A stretch of DNA of 64,000 bases, the filler included, from Chrysochromulina tobinii (taxonomy: Eukaryota): the NCBI GenBank assembly GCA_001275005.1. It is 6 parts of 6 records of this genome, joined end to end, with 100 filler letters (N's around TTAATTAATTAA, not from the genome) between each part and the next. Parts side by side here need not be neighbours in the genome. Positions count along the whole stretch, not along the records: positions 26,423 to 45,804 come from JWZX01001299.1; positions 45,905 to 48,926 come from JWZX01001300.1; 4 more parts are not named here. The stretch is one strand, 5' to 3'. A program made the position numbers and the translations under genes. The notes beneath the pieces are model-generated. The model had not been told where the DNA came from. It saw nothing but the letters and a program-made list of their open reading frames with translations, and ran no database searches. This document shows positions 37,569 through 48,412 of the stretch, one piece after another. The first letter of the stretch is position 1, and every line of letters begins with the position of its first letter.

Positions 37569-39317
37569 TCATACACTCACGCGCCTCGCAAGCCACGCCG
37601 AGGGTGGGAGCGCTTGCAGCGCAAAGAGGCGCGGCCGCACAAGAACGAACCACGCCACCCCGACGAGCAAGCTGAGCATGCATGTGGCTGTGTACCCGTC
37701 GATGAGCACCTCGGGCTTACACTTGCACGGGGCGGCCACCGCTACTCCAAATACCTTGCCAATCGACTTGCCAAGAGCTTGCCAAGGCATGGCAAGAGCT
37801 TGCAGTGCGCCCGCCGTGGCTGGCGGCTCGCAGGAGCACGGGCGAGTGTGGTGCATCGCATCAATTAGGAAGAGCGCCGCGGTGTTGGGCCACGCAGCGC
37901 CCAGGTTGGCAATGGTGTTGAGCATGGTCATGTACGTGCCACCGATGCTCGGGTCGGCCACACGGTTAAAGAAGGCCATGATGGCCACAAAGCCCGTCTC
38001 CTGCACCGCCACCTGCACGAGGATGGAGAGAGTGACCACCGCGTAGAGCCAATAAGGCAAGCCGCCCGAGCTGCCCCGGTGCGCGCCCACAACGGTCACG
38101 AGCGTGAGTGCAACCAGTCCCATGAGCAGCCGTGCCGGGTAGAGGCGCGCGAAGATGTGCAGCGGCTTGGCCTCCTCGCCGGCCGCGCCCGTCGTCAAGA
38201 AGCGGCCGGAGACGTAGAGCTGCACGCCCATCCCAAGAACCTGTGGGCAGAGGGGAGTGGGGAGGGCGAAGGGGTGAGCACTTGCATGCGCGCACTCCGA
38301 GGAGCGCTGCCCCCCAAGCACCTGTGCGACGGAGACCATGATCGCGAGGTGCTCCTTCGGCATGCCCGCCTGCGTGATGCGCAGCGAGGTGGCCGAGCCG
38401 AAGACACCGAGCGCCGCACGGCACGTGAGCAGCGCGAGCGCCATCGAGCGAACGGCGGGCAGTCGCAGCACGAGCCACATCTCCTCGTACGCGTCGCGCA
38501 GGAGGGTGCCGAGGGAGCCACGGAGTGGCATGTGCTCGTCGCCACGCGAGAGTAGCGCCACCCAAAGGGTCGAGGCGAGGAAGACCCATCCCCAGAAGAG
38601 CATGAACCCGCCCAGCGTGACGAGTCCATGGGTTTCGTCAAACGCAGCCGCCGGGCGCAAGTAGGCGTTACAAAACTCAGGCGAGTAGAGCGCGAGGAAG
38701 CCGGTGCTCGAGATCAGATATCCGAACGACTGGCCGATGGTGTTGCACGTCGCGCCGAGCTCCTTGTTGGCCGGCGATAGGATCGTGAGGGCGAGGCCAT
38801 CCACTGCGATGTCCTGTGTGGCCGCCAGGAAGAAGAAAGCGAAGAAGAGCATCGTGAGCGTGCCCACCTCCACGGGCACGTCGACGCCACCGCCCTCGCC
38901 AAGCCACACATCGATGTGCGGCGCCGCCCACAGCAGCAGCGCGCCGATCGCCAACTGTGCGGGCACGATCCACGTCTTACGTCGGCCGAAGCGACTGTGG
39001 TACAGCGAGTCGACAAGGGGCGCCCATAGCAGCTTGAGCGAGAACGGCCAACTCGCAAAGGAAAACTTGCCCTGGTCGGAGTCCCGCAAGTTCTTTTTTT
39101 GCATCAGAAAAGGCACGGCGCTCGCGATGCCCATGGGTACGCCCTGCAGCGTGTACAGCAGCAGCAGCAGGCTGATCGCGAAAATGTCCTGCCGCCAGCC
39201 GACGACGGGCACCGTGTCGGCCGCTGATGCTTGCTTGCGCAGCTCAATGTCAGCTTCTGACCGCGCTGAGGAGCCAGAGGGTTGACTGCTGCTGCTGCGA
39301 TTTCTGATCTCTGCCAT
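37569..39317 (-). CDS. SLC33A1: Acetyl-CoA transporter 1 (AT-1, MFS); intron 38241-38321
   Basis: LLLLYTLQGVPMG, WPFSLKLLWAPLVDS, GRRKTWIVP.Q, ATQDIAVDG, DPSIGGTYMTMLNTIANLG. Confidence 0.93.
   Translation of the reverse strand: MAEIRNRSSSSQPSGSSARSEADIELRKQASAADTVPVVGWRQDIFAISLLLLLYTLQGVPMGIASAVPFLMQKKNLRDSDQGKFSFASWPFSLKLLWAPLVDSLYHSRFGRRKTWIVPAQLAIGALLLWAAPHIDVWLGEGGGVDVPVEVGTLTMLFFAFFFLAATQDIAVDGLALTILSPANKELGATCNTIGQSFGYLISSTGFLALYSPEFCNAYLRPAAAFDETHGLVTLGGFMLFWGWVFLASTLWVALLSRGDEHMPLRGSLGTLLRDAYEEMWLVLRLPAVRSMALALLTCRAALGVFGSATSLRITQAGMPKEHLAIMVSVAQVLGGQRSSECAHASAHPFALPTPLCPQVLGMGVQLYVSGRFLTTGAAGEEAKPLHIFARLYPARLLMGLVALTLVTVVGAHRGSSGGLPYWLYAVVTLSILVQVAVQETGFVAIMAFFNRVADPSIGGTYMTMLNTIANLGAAWPNTAALFLIDAMHHTRPCSCEPPATAGALQALAMPWQALGKSIGKVFGVAVAAPCKCKPEVLIDGYTATCMLSLLVGVAWFVLVRPRLFALQALPPSAWLARRVSV
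38241..38321 (-). other. 81-nt in-frame intron (family A tail)
   Basis: CACAG|GTGCTTGGG...GCATGCAAGTGCTCACC...CCCACAG|GTTCTTGGG; if retained it interrupts a TM helix. Confidence 0.8.
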
Positions 39318-39732
39318 TGTCGCTTCAAAGTCCCAGCGAACTGTGGGCGGGCAAAACGCGTGTGGACGATCGCGAGAGACTTTTGTGTCTCCCCCTGCGA
39401 AGCGTCGTTCCAAGCGCGAATTTTGGAACACGACTCTTCATGTACCCACCGTTGGAACTGGGGGGCTTAACATCGAGTAGGCAGAAAAGTGTTTGGTTCC
39501 TATTCGCTATTGTGTGAATTGCCGCTTCAGGGGGCGGCGTGCAAATTTCTACTCGGCGCCGCCCCTTGACTACTAGCCCATTTGGGGGTTCACCGCCCAC
39601 GCCGCACTTTCTTTTTATGGCTGTTTCTCAGCACGCCGTATTGTTTTCACGGCTATTCTGTTCACGATTTGTGTGTGTTCATGTTGCCGCCACATACAAG
39701 TAAGGCGCTAACGCGCGCTGGTCGGCTCGCCG

Positions 39733-42700
39733 ATGGAGCTGAGCTCCCCGCAGCGCCGCATACTCGAGTCGACGCGCAACACCGTGTCGCTTGCCAAGTC
39801 AAAGCTCTCGGTGCTGCAGCAGGCGATCGACGAGCGCTTGTCCGCGGCGCTCGCCAAGAATGCTGAGCTGCACGCGGAGCTGATGGGCACGAAGGAGAGG
39901 CTGCGTGCCACTGAGGAGAGGCTGCACGCCACTGAGGAGCACACGAAGGCGGCCACACGCGCGAGCTCGAGCGAGATCGAGGCCATTCGACAGGAGGCAG
40001 CCATCTGCGCTCGCCGTGCGCATGCGGCAGAGGACAAGATGCAGCAGTTGGCGGCGCGGGAGCATCCTCTGCTTGAGAGGAGCATGGCTCTCGAGCGCCG
40101 TGCGACGCAGGCCGAGGAGGCGGTCAAGAACCTGGCGCACCAGGCCGAGATTCGCGCCGCGCTTTCGAATGCGGCGCTCGAGGCCGAGGTCGACAACCGG
40201 CGGGCGCTCGAGCGCTCGCTCGGCGCCGAGCTGGCCGCCGCGCAGAACGAGGCTTTACGTCAGCGGCAGCGCGCCGACGAGGCGTCAGGGGCGCTCTCGG
40301 CCGAGCGGCTTGGCGTCGTGACGAGCAGTGAGACGTTCGCGCGCGACGCCGAGCGCCAGGTCTCCGCTGCGGCCGAAGCGGTGAACGTGAATGAGAGAGA
40401 GGCTGCGATCGCGCGCTCGGCTGAGGCTGTGCGGCGTGCGGAGTCGGCAGAGCGTGAGGTGGGGCGTGCACGGAGTGCCGCGGCCAGCGCGGAGGCGCGC
40501 GCGCGGACGCTCGAGGCTGAGGCCGCGGAGGTGCGCGCGGCGGCGGCCGAGTGGCGAGCGCGCGCCGAGGCGGCTGAGGAGGCGATCGCGGCAGCAAGGG
40601 ACGCGGCGAGTGCGGAGGCGGCTCAGCGCGCGCGGCTCGCGTCGGAGCTGCCCTTGGCGCTCGAGGAGCGCGCGCATGCACGCCGGCGTGCCGAGGCCGC
40701 CGAGCGAGCCGCAGCGGAGGCGACTGGCGAGGCGGCAGCGGCCAAGGCGGCTGAAGGGCGTGCACGAAGTGCCGCGACCAGCGCGGAGGCGCGCGCGCGG
40801 ACGCTCGAGGCTGAGGCCGCGGAGGTGCGCGCGGCGGCGGCCGAGTGGCGCGCGCGCGCCGAGGCGGCCGAGGAGGCGATCGCGGCAGCGACGGATACCG
40901 CGAGTGCGGAGGCGGCGGAGGAACGCACCCGCGCGCGCCGGAGGATAGAGGTGGCAGAGCGAGTCGCGGCGGAGGCGGGCCGCAACGCCTCAGACAAGCT
41001 CGCGAACGCGTCGGCGACGGTGCGCAAGGCGCAGGAGGAGGCGGCGGTGGCGACGGCGCGCGCGAAGAGTGCGGTCGAGCGCCTGCAGCTGCTTGAAGCG
41101 GAGCTCGGGCGGGAGCGCTCGTACGTCAGCCAGGCGTCGCGGCGAATCGCTGAACAAGCGGCGGCTCTCGAGGCGACCAAGGCGGCCGTTGAGCAAGCGA
41201 GGCAGCAGGCGGCGAGCCACGCCCGATATCGGCAGACGATCGTGCAGCACCACCGGCTCACTGAGCAGCATCACAACGCGCTCGGTGCGCCCTTGGGGCC
41301 TATGATGGTCACTGATTGCCTCTGAGTGCCTCTGATGGGCCTATGATGGCGTCCCTCATCAGGTGCGCACGCGGCCGCCTTTGATTGCGTCCCTCATCAC
41401 CTCTGATTGCGTCCTTCATCAGGTGCGCACGCGGCCGCGCTCCATGGAGCTCTGATGACGTCTGATGATCACTGATGACCCATGATTGCCTCCTTCATCA
41501 GGTGCGCACGCGGCCGCGCTCCATGGAGCTCTCACACACGCCACCTCAGGCGCGCCCCTCGAGCCTCCCCAGGCCCATCTGCTTCTTGCCACGTCGCAGC
41601 TGCTCTCTCGCTCGATCGAGCAGCTGCGCCAGCGCCACGCCGCGCTCACGGCGGCGCTCGAGCCGGAGCCCAAGACAACGCCGGAGCCCAATCCTTGCGT
41701 AGGAGCCGGCTGCTGGGGAGCGCCCAAGACAACGCCCAGCGCGGAGGCGCCGCCGACAGCCGCGGCCCCGTCGTTGGCGGAGGTTCCGTCCTTGTCGGCG
41801 CTTCCGTCGTTGGCGGCGGCACAGGCAGCGAGCTCCGCGGAGCTCGAGCGCCAAGCTGAGCGCCAAGCTGAGCGCCAAGCTGAGCGCCAAGCTGAGCGCC
41901 TAGCCGTGACGGCGCGCGAAGCCATGGCGCCCGTGACGGCGCGCGAAGCCATGGCGCTCAGCATGGCGCTCGTCGCCGCGTCGGCCTCCGAGAGTGCATG
42001 CTGGCGGGGCGAAGCCGCCGCGGCTGTGCACGCACGCCGGGCCACCGAAGAGGTTGCGAACGAGAAGGCCCGGCGCGCGGCCGCCGAGGTGGCGCGGTGG
42101 AAGGCCGAGGCCGAGGCGGCGCAGCATGCAGTGGCGAGGGCGGAGGCGCAGGCGGGGATGACGCCGGGGGGGGGCGGCCAGGAGGCCTACCCCCGTCGCC
42201 TCTCTGACTACGCCGCCGGGCTTCCTAACCTCCCGCTGCTACCGTCACTCTGGCCAGAGACGCCCCAGTACAAGCCACGCACCGCCGGGCGCATGGCGCT
42301 CGACATGGCGCCGCCGGCCACCGCCACGGCGCTCGCGCTCGACTCGCTGCCACCATACCGGGAGCCGTCCTGGGCGCCTCGGCCACCCGCGGCCCCCTCC
42401 TCGAGCGCCGTCGTGGGCGCGTGCTCCGCCTACACAGGACTCGGTGCGCCGTACGGTGCGGACGTTCTGAGTGCGGAGGCGGTGGCTCGCGAGGTGATGC
42501 GTTCCATCGACCTCGCAGCGGAGCAGCTCAGCCAGGCCGAGATGCGCGCGAATGCATGCGTCGGGTTCGCGACTCCGACGCCACCATCGGCGGCGGCGCA
42601 ACTGCTACCGGTACGATCGGCCGCTGATTGAGGGGGCACTGATGGCGCCTGATTGCGTCTGATGACCTCTGATTGCCTCCCTAATCAGGTACCGGTACGA

Positions 42701-42973
42701 TCGGCCGGAGGAGGAGAAGCCGCAGGGCCAGTTGCATCGCGCGATGCACCCAGCTCGACCCCGTGTGTCTCGATGGCTCCGCCGAGCCCCGATCTCAACG
42801 GCTTCACACCCAATGCGACCGCCGGTGTGAATGCGAGGCCAGCGGCAGAGCGGCTCGACGACGAGCTCATGCGCATCGACAACGAGATTGCCAAGTTGCA
42901 GCAGGCGCTACAAACGGCGAGCACGACCGAGGGAGATCCAGGACGCATGGAGTGCCGGACTGCGAGTGCATAG
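39733..42973 (+). CDS. Long Ala/Glu/Arg-rich coiled-coil protein; exons 39733-41284, 41502-42610, 42689-42973
   Basis: Three consecutive ORFs joined in frame by GT-AG introns; internal ~54-aa duplication at 294-nt spacing. Confidence 0.75.
41285..41501 (+). other. Compound 217-nt intron of three stacked GT...CATCAG units (41285-41362, 41363-41422, 41423-41501)
   Basis: Phase-1 splicing joins ORF 39733 to ORF 41486; each unit starts with GTGCGC and ends in TCATCAG. Confidence 0.85.
42611..42688 (+). other. 78-nt phase-0 intron (family B tail) with an 18-nt host duplication
   Basis: TACCGGTACGATCGGCCG at 42606 and 42690; tail CTGATTGCCTCCCTAATCAG. Confidence 0.8.
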
Positions 42974-43335
42974 CGGAGTTTAATCAATATCAATGACATG
43001 CAATTATGTGGCCTGGTCGCATAGTTAAACGCCGTCGCGGGCCACACACGTAACACACACGCCGACCGATTGTGCGACGCGGGGTCTTTGTACAAGCTGC
43101 CACAAATATTCAAATTATTTATTAGGCAAGATTTGTAACCAGGTTGTCTGTTATTTAGTAACTTGAACTTGAACTTGTCAAGAACTACTTGTATGGGTGA
43201 AAACTACCCATGGGCGCCTTGAAGTTCTATTAGGAATTCAAACGAAAGTCCGACAAAAGTCTGCAAATAAGGAATTCCTACCCGCGGGTCTCGTTCCATA
43301 GACCTCTAACAAGCGACGGTTTTCTGGGTTCGGTC

Positions 43336-44853
43336 ATGGATGCGCCCCAATGCACCCCGACAAATCGTCTCGGTTTAGACAGCGGTGAATCCGAGGCGGC
43401 AAACGCCGAGCTCTCGCACGACAAGATCGAGCACCGAAATACAGTGAGCACAGAAAAAGTGCTCCTCGGCGCGACCGACATTGAGCGTGTGGAGCAGATG
43501 ATAAAACTGGCTCGTGAGCAGATCAAGCGGTTGGCTCTGGTAGATGAAAAGGACATAGCAATCATCAATCGCGAGGTGGCGCAGCTTGGTGGACAGGATA
43601 CCGCCGGCATGCTGTTGCGCCTTGCGCGCCTCGACTTGACGCACGTGGATGACGGTGAGGAGCACCTCACCCAAGAAGAGTTTTCGGACTTCATGAAAGA
43701 AACGAAGCAGCTTTTGGATGGCATGAAGTCATCCGTTCTCAATCAGTCGGTCGTGTCGGCGCTTCTGCTCACCGTAGCAGGACCCAGCTTGCTCGGCCCG
43801 TTCGACGTCTTGTTTCCGACCGCATGGCATGACGACCAAGCCACACCGAACGCGGCGCTCTTTCGTATCAACAGCGGCAGCATCGCGAGGACCGCGTGGG
43901 GCGACGCGGGCGCTTATTTCCGGCCCGACGACGAAGAAGCTGCCGCGCAAATCCGGCGCTCTTTCTTTGTGTGTGAGATGATCTCCGTTTCGCTGAGCTT
44001 CGCCTTCGCAGTGCTCGGACTTTTCGTTGGCAAGGGTGTGTACCAAGCATTGGTCGCGATGCCCGGAACGATTGCTTCGCTCTCCTTCGTGATCGACATG
44101 CGTGGCCGCGGGTTCGCCATCACGGCGTGGGCCAACGATCTCGCGATCATCTCACTTGTGACTGGCTACGTCTTTGCGGCTACGCGCATCAGCTTCGCCT
44201 CGTTCATCTGCCTGGCGAGCTCCTTGATGATGGTTGGGCTTTACCCGCTGTGTGGGCGCTTGATGGGCTTCAGTTCTACAGTGGCGGCGACCCGGGCCAT
44301 GCACAGCGAGGCGAAACGAGCGCTCTGCAAATTCGCTCGGTTCGAGGAGCATAGGAAGAATGCAAGAGCTGCCCAGATGGTGAAGTTCATCGGCACGGGC
44401 GCTGCGAACCTCGGCTCGGGTGCGCTCAACCTTGGCGCTAGCGCCCTCAGCTCAGGTGCGCTCAAGTTCGGCACAGGCGCTGTGAATCTCGGCGCAAGCG
44501 CCGTGGACATCGGCACGGGCGCTGCGAACCTCAGCTCGGGTGCGCTCAACCTTGGCGCAAGCGCCCTCAGCTCAGGTGCGCTCAAGTTCGGCACAGGCGC
44601 TGTGAATCTCGGCGCAAGCGCCGTGGACATCGGCACGGGCGCCATGAACCGCGTGACGCGGGGCATTTCAGAACGGGCAGCCAATCCTGGTCGGCCATCT
44701 GCATCACGTGTTGCGCCCGGGCTTGAAACAAACCACGACGCTTTTGCGGCCTCGGGGTCCCAGTCCGTCTCGCGTCGGGCATCGAGTGATTCATGGGTTT
44801 TGTCAGAGGACCAAAAGGGGGGGGAGGGAGCGACGGCGATTGAACAAAAGTAG
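43336..44853 (+). CDS. Hypothetical 4-TM membrane protein with Gly/Ala-rich amphipathic repeats
   Basis: Four hydrophobic segments; 120-nt tandem duplication (IGTGAANL.SGALNLGASALSSGALKFGTGAVNLGASAVD twice) at about 44389-44642. Confidence 0.65.
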   Translation: MDAPQCTPTNRLGLDSGESEAANAELSHDKIEHRNTVSTEKVLLGATDIERVEQMIKLAREQIKRLALVDEKDIAIINREVAQLGGQDTAGMLLRLARLDLTHVDDGEEHLTQEEFSDFMKETKQLLDGMKSSVLNQSVVSALLLTVAGPSLLGPFDVLFPTAWHDDQATPNAALFRINSGSIARTAWGDAGAYFRPDDEEAAAQIRRSFFVCEMISVSLSFAFAVLGLFVGKGVYQALVAMPGTIASLSFVIDMRGRGFAITAWANDLAIISLVTGYVFAATRISFASFICLASSLMMVGLYPLCGRLMGFSSTVAATRAMHSEAKRALCKFARFEEHRKNARAAQMVKFIGTGAANLGSGALNLGASALSSGALKFGTGAVNLGASAVDIGTGAANLSSGALNLGASALSSGALKFGTGAVNLGASAVDIGTGAMNRVTRGISERAANPGRPSASRVAPGLETNHDAFAASGSQSVSRRASSDSWVLSEDQKGGEGATAIEQK

Positions 44854-44901
44854 ACGTGGAAGAGAGCTGAACTCAAAACGTAACAAAATCAAAAACTAGA
44901 A

Positions 44902-45019
44902 AACGTGCAGCATATCGCCTTCCCGCGTGGTCCCCCACCGCAGTACTACCGATACTCGAGGCAGCTTAACTTCGCTGTTCGGATGGGAAGCGGTGACCCT
45001 GCCTGATGTGGCCGCACGT
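44902..45019 (-). rRNA. 5S ribosomal RNA
   Basis: Reverse complement ACGTGCGGCCAC...CCCATCCGAAC.GCGAAGTTAAGC...GTAGTACT..GGTGGGGGACCAC.CGGGAA...TGCTGCACGTT; helix I pairs; T4 terminator; TATA-like motif ~25-30 nt upstream. Confidence 0.95.
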
Positions 45020-45236
45020 AATAACAACCGTACAAAAGCAGATTATATACAGGTTCCTCATTTTTGCTCACCTGCTAACCGCGGCCTTAAAATGTGCTAA
45101 ATATTCGATCACACCACGCGCGCTCTTATAGTCTTATTCGATGTCTGGTTGTGGGCTTCGATATGACAGAGTGAGGGCTAAAAGGGGGGGGGCAGCCACC
45201 AAGTCGTTTTTTCCCTGGAGCCTCCTGTCTCGTGCG

Positions 45237-45804
45237 ATGGAGCGCATTAAAATGTGGGGGCGTCCCGTTCCGCGCGTGGAGAGTGCGTGGGACCCGCACA
45301 AACCCGCCTTTTACTTTTTGACACGAGAGGTCGTGCTTCAAGCCAGCACCAAGCAGCTGGGGCGTATGCAGGAGCTGCGCGACTCGCATGAGCTTTTGAG
45401 GCTGAACATCGACCTGAAGGACGCCTTCCAAGGCAAGGGGCTGATCCAGCGCATCCTCTTCGTCAGCCACAGGTGGGAAGACTTCGCGAGGCCCGACGAG
45501 ACCGGCGCGCAGCTGGCGGCGCTCCAGGAGCACCTGAGGGCCCACCCCGAGATCCAGTACGTCTGGTTCGACTACTCTTGCATGCCACAACGCTCGAGCG
45601 GCTGCCCGCAGGATCAGGACGACCGCACGCCCGCGGAGAAGGCCGAATTCGACCTTATGCTCAAAGCAATCGCCGACCTCTACTTGACGGCCAAGGTGCT
45701 GATCCTGCTCGACACCGCGTACCGCACGCGGTTCTGGACGACAATGGAGGGCTGGTGCGCGATGCAGCAGGTGACGTCGGAGGGCGTGCGCCCGGCAAGG
45801 GAGG
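45237..45804 (+). CDS. HET-domain (heterokaryon incompatibility, TIR-related) protein, 3'-truncated by the gap
   Basis: ILFVSHRW...PD..G.QL, YVWFDYSCMPQ, LY....VLIL, YRTRFWTTME. Confidence 0.8.
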
Positions 45805-45904
45805 NNNNNNNNNNNNNNNNNNNNNNNNNNNNNNNNNNNNNNNNNNNNTTAATTAATTAANNNNNNNNNNNNNNNNNNNNNNNNNNNNNNNNNNNNNNNN
45901 NNNN
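45805..45904. other. Artificial contig linker
   Basis: 44N-TTAATTAATTAA-44N. Confidence 0.98.
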
Positions 45905-48222
45905 ATAGTACCGATCGGACCGCTGCTCGCGGCGGCAGCCGCCGCGGCGGCGCGCACGCGCGCGCGCCGCGGTGGCGTCTCCCCCCGTAGTAACAGCGTC
46001 ACCTGTCTCACATGCACCTCGCGCGGCGCCTCGGGTGGGGGTACATACCGCACCCGCGGCACCCCTTGCGCCCGTGCTGCAAGCACGGCGGAGCGCCGGG
46101 CACGCGCGAAGGCCCGTCGCCGATCCTCGTCCTGCTGTCGCCGCGCCCGGAACGCCTGGAGCGCAGTATACTCCGCCGCGGACGCTGCACGTCGCGCTGC
46201 GCGCAGGGGGGGATCCATGGCGACAACGGTACGCCGCCGCGCGCGGGCGGCGTCGCGGGCGCGCGAGATCATAGCCGCGGCGTCGGGGCGCGAGGCGAGA
46301 AGGGCCATGGCGTGGACGTGCGCCCGTTCCCAGAGCGCGTGCTGGATGGCGTCGTCCGCCGCGGCATCCGCTTGCCGTCGGCGCTTGCGCCTGCCCAGGA
46401 GCACGCGGCGCTCGGCGGTCGTGAGATGAGGGGCAGCGGTAGCCCGCACGGCATTGGCCGCCCGGAGCAGCTGATATCCCTTCACCGCGGCCCGCTGGCT
46501 CGCGCGGATGAGGCCCGTGACCGTCTGGTCGACCCACGCCGCAAAATACTCTGCGGAGGCACGGCGTCTGCGGTCGTTTAGGGAGGCGACTGCGGCAGCA
46601 TCGAGGTCGCGCGTCGAGTTGGCAGCCTGGATCGCAGCCGCTCGGTGCGCGGCAATGGCGTGGTCGGCAGCGATGAGCTCCTGCTCTGAGAGGAGTTCGA
46701 AAGCCTCCCGCGCCTCGGCAGCCGCCACCGCCGCCTCGGCCGCCCCGCGTGCCGCATCGAGCGCATCCGCGTGCTTATCAGAAACACCAAGGCGAGTAAA
46801 GTACGCGCGTTGGGAGCAACTGGACTGCTGGGTCGCTTCATACGAGATGCGCCGGGCATAGACCTTAAGGCTCTCTAGGCGAGCCGGGCCGTTGATCCGC
46901 TGCCCCTCCCGTTGAGCGACGGCGCGAAGGGCCTTAGCGCCGTCGACCGGACGACGAGACCGTCGTACGTGCACGCCCGGTGCGAGCGACCCGGGCGGGG
47001 CACAGCAGCGGCACGGCGCCCCCGCTGGCTTGAGGTGCGTCCAGGTGTGGTACCGGACCTGCTCGAGCGCGCGGTGAAGCTGGGTCCGGCGACGGCATAC
47101 AATGTGAGCCGCCTGCAGCGTCTTCTTCGACGCGTGAATCGCAGCCGCCACCATGGAGAGGGTAGCCTGGAGCAGCGGCCGCGTGAGGGCCATGGTGGGC
47201 CGAAACCACTCTGTAGGCTCACGAACGATGCCCAGCACGTGGGCGAGGGCGGCAGATTCCGCCTCTTCCGCAGTGAAGCTCACGGGAGAGGAGCCGATGT
47301 ACGAGCTGTACGCGACCGGGCGCCGGCCCTGGTCGAGAGCGCGGCGCGCGATCGTGGATTCGGCATGATCCCTGGAGACCGGCTCGCAGCGGTCGAGGGC
47401 CTTGCCGAGAGCGATGCACGCCGGAGCGAGGAGCTTGCGTCGCCTCGTCGCGACACTGCACAGCTCGCAATCCCAGACGACGTGCGCGACAGTCTGCCTG
47501 CCCTTGCCACAAGGGCAGCCCATCTCGGTGAGCACCGCGCCGAGAGAGTGTGGGCCGGTGGCCTCGTACACTCGGCTGCCGAGAAGCCTGACGCGGTCGT
47601 CGCGCAGCGCCATCACCAGGCTGCGCTGCTGGTCATTGAGTTTGGCGTGCCGAAGGAACTCGAAGCAGCGGCGGTCGGCATACAGCGCGGTGGGCGTCGT
47701 GTACCTGGTGCACATGTGTAGGTTATGAACCTGCAGCATGAGTTCCCGCTCGGAGCCCTTGGCGTAGTGGCGGATGGAGCGATGGCGGCAGTAGGCGGGT
47801 GGGAGCGGCACCGGGTCGCCCCGTAGATACTCCTTGGCGAGTGCGTCGACCGCGGCCTCGGGTAGATGCCCGCAGTGCGAGTGCGACCACCAGTAGGTGA
47901 TCGACTCGAGACGCTGCTCGTGCGCCATCGCCCAGCCCTGCCAGTCGTCGCACAGCGCCCGGGAGCGCACCGAAAGGCTGGAGCGGCGAAAGTGCTCGCC
48001 CGCGAGGATCGGGGAGGTCGAGTCAAAGATGTAGAGCACCCGCTTCCCCGCGAGCACCGCCAGCGCATCCACGCGATGAGCGAGCTCCGCATCGTAGTTG
48101 TCGCGTGAACCGCCGATCAGATCGTCGGTGGCAAGAGCCCCACCGAGCCGCGTGCCATCGTGCAGCAGCGCCGCCCGTGCGATCCGTTGCGCCCGAGGAT
48201 CCCACGAGCCATCGCCGACCAC
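45905..48222 (-). mobile_element. 3' part of a non-LTR retrotransposon ORF (RNase H, CCHC zinc knuckle, long Arg/Ala tail), 5'-truncated
   Basis: GDGS, NYDAEL, VLYIFDS, WWSHSHCGH..EAAVDALAK (RNase H D-E-D-D); CPCGKGRQTVAHVVWDC; no RT domain present. Confidence 0.75.
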
Positions 48223-48412
48223 GGCCGCCGGCTGCGGCCCCTTGTGGCAAGGGCAGGCAGACTGTCGCGCACGTCGTCTGGGATTGCGAGCTGTGCAGCG
48301 TCGCGACGAGGCGACGCAAGCTTCTCGTTCCGGCGTGCATCGCTCTCGGCAAGGCCCTCGACCGCTGCGAGCCGGTCTCCAGGGATCATGCCGAGTCCAC
48401 GATCACGCGCCG
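47342..48412. repeat. 174-nt inverted repeat (arms 47342-47515 and 48239-48412)
   Basis: Both arms encode PCGKGRQTVAHVVWDCELCSVATRRRKLL.PACIALGKALDRCEPVSRDHAESTI on opposite strands. Confidence 0.95.

Noticed and set aside
41285..41531. Repeat-spacer look (CATCAGGTGCGCACGCGGCCGC x3) suggesting a CRISPR array
   Set aside because: Spacers are related to each other, the context is a eukaryotic gene, there are no cas genes, and stacked introns explain it
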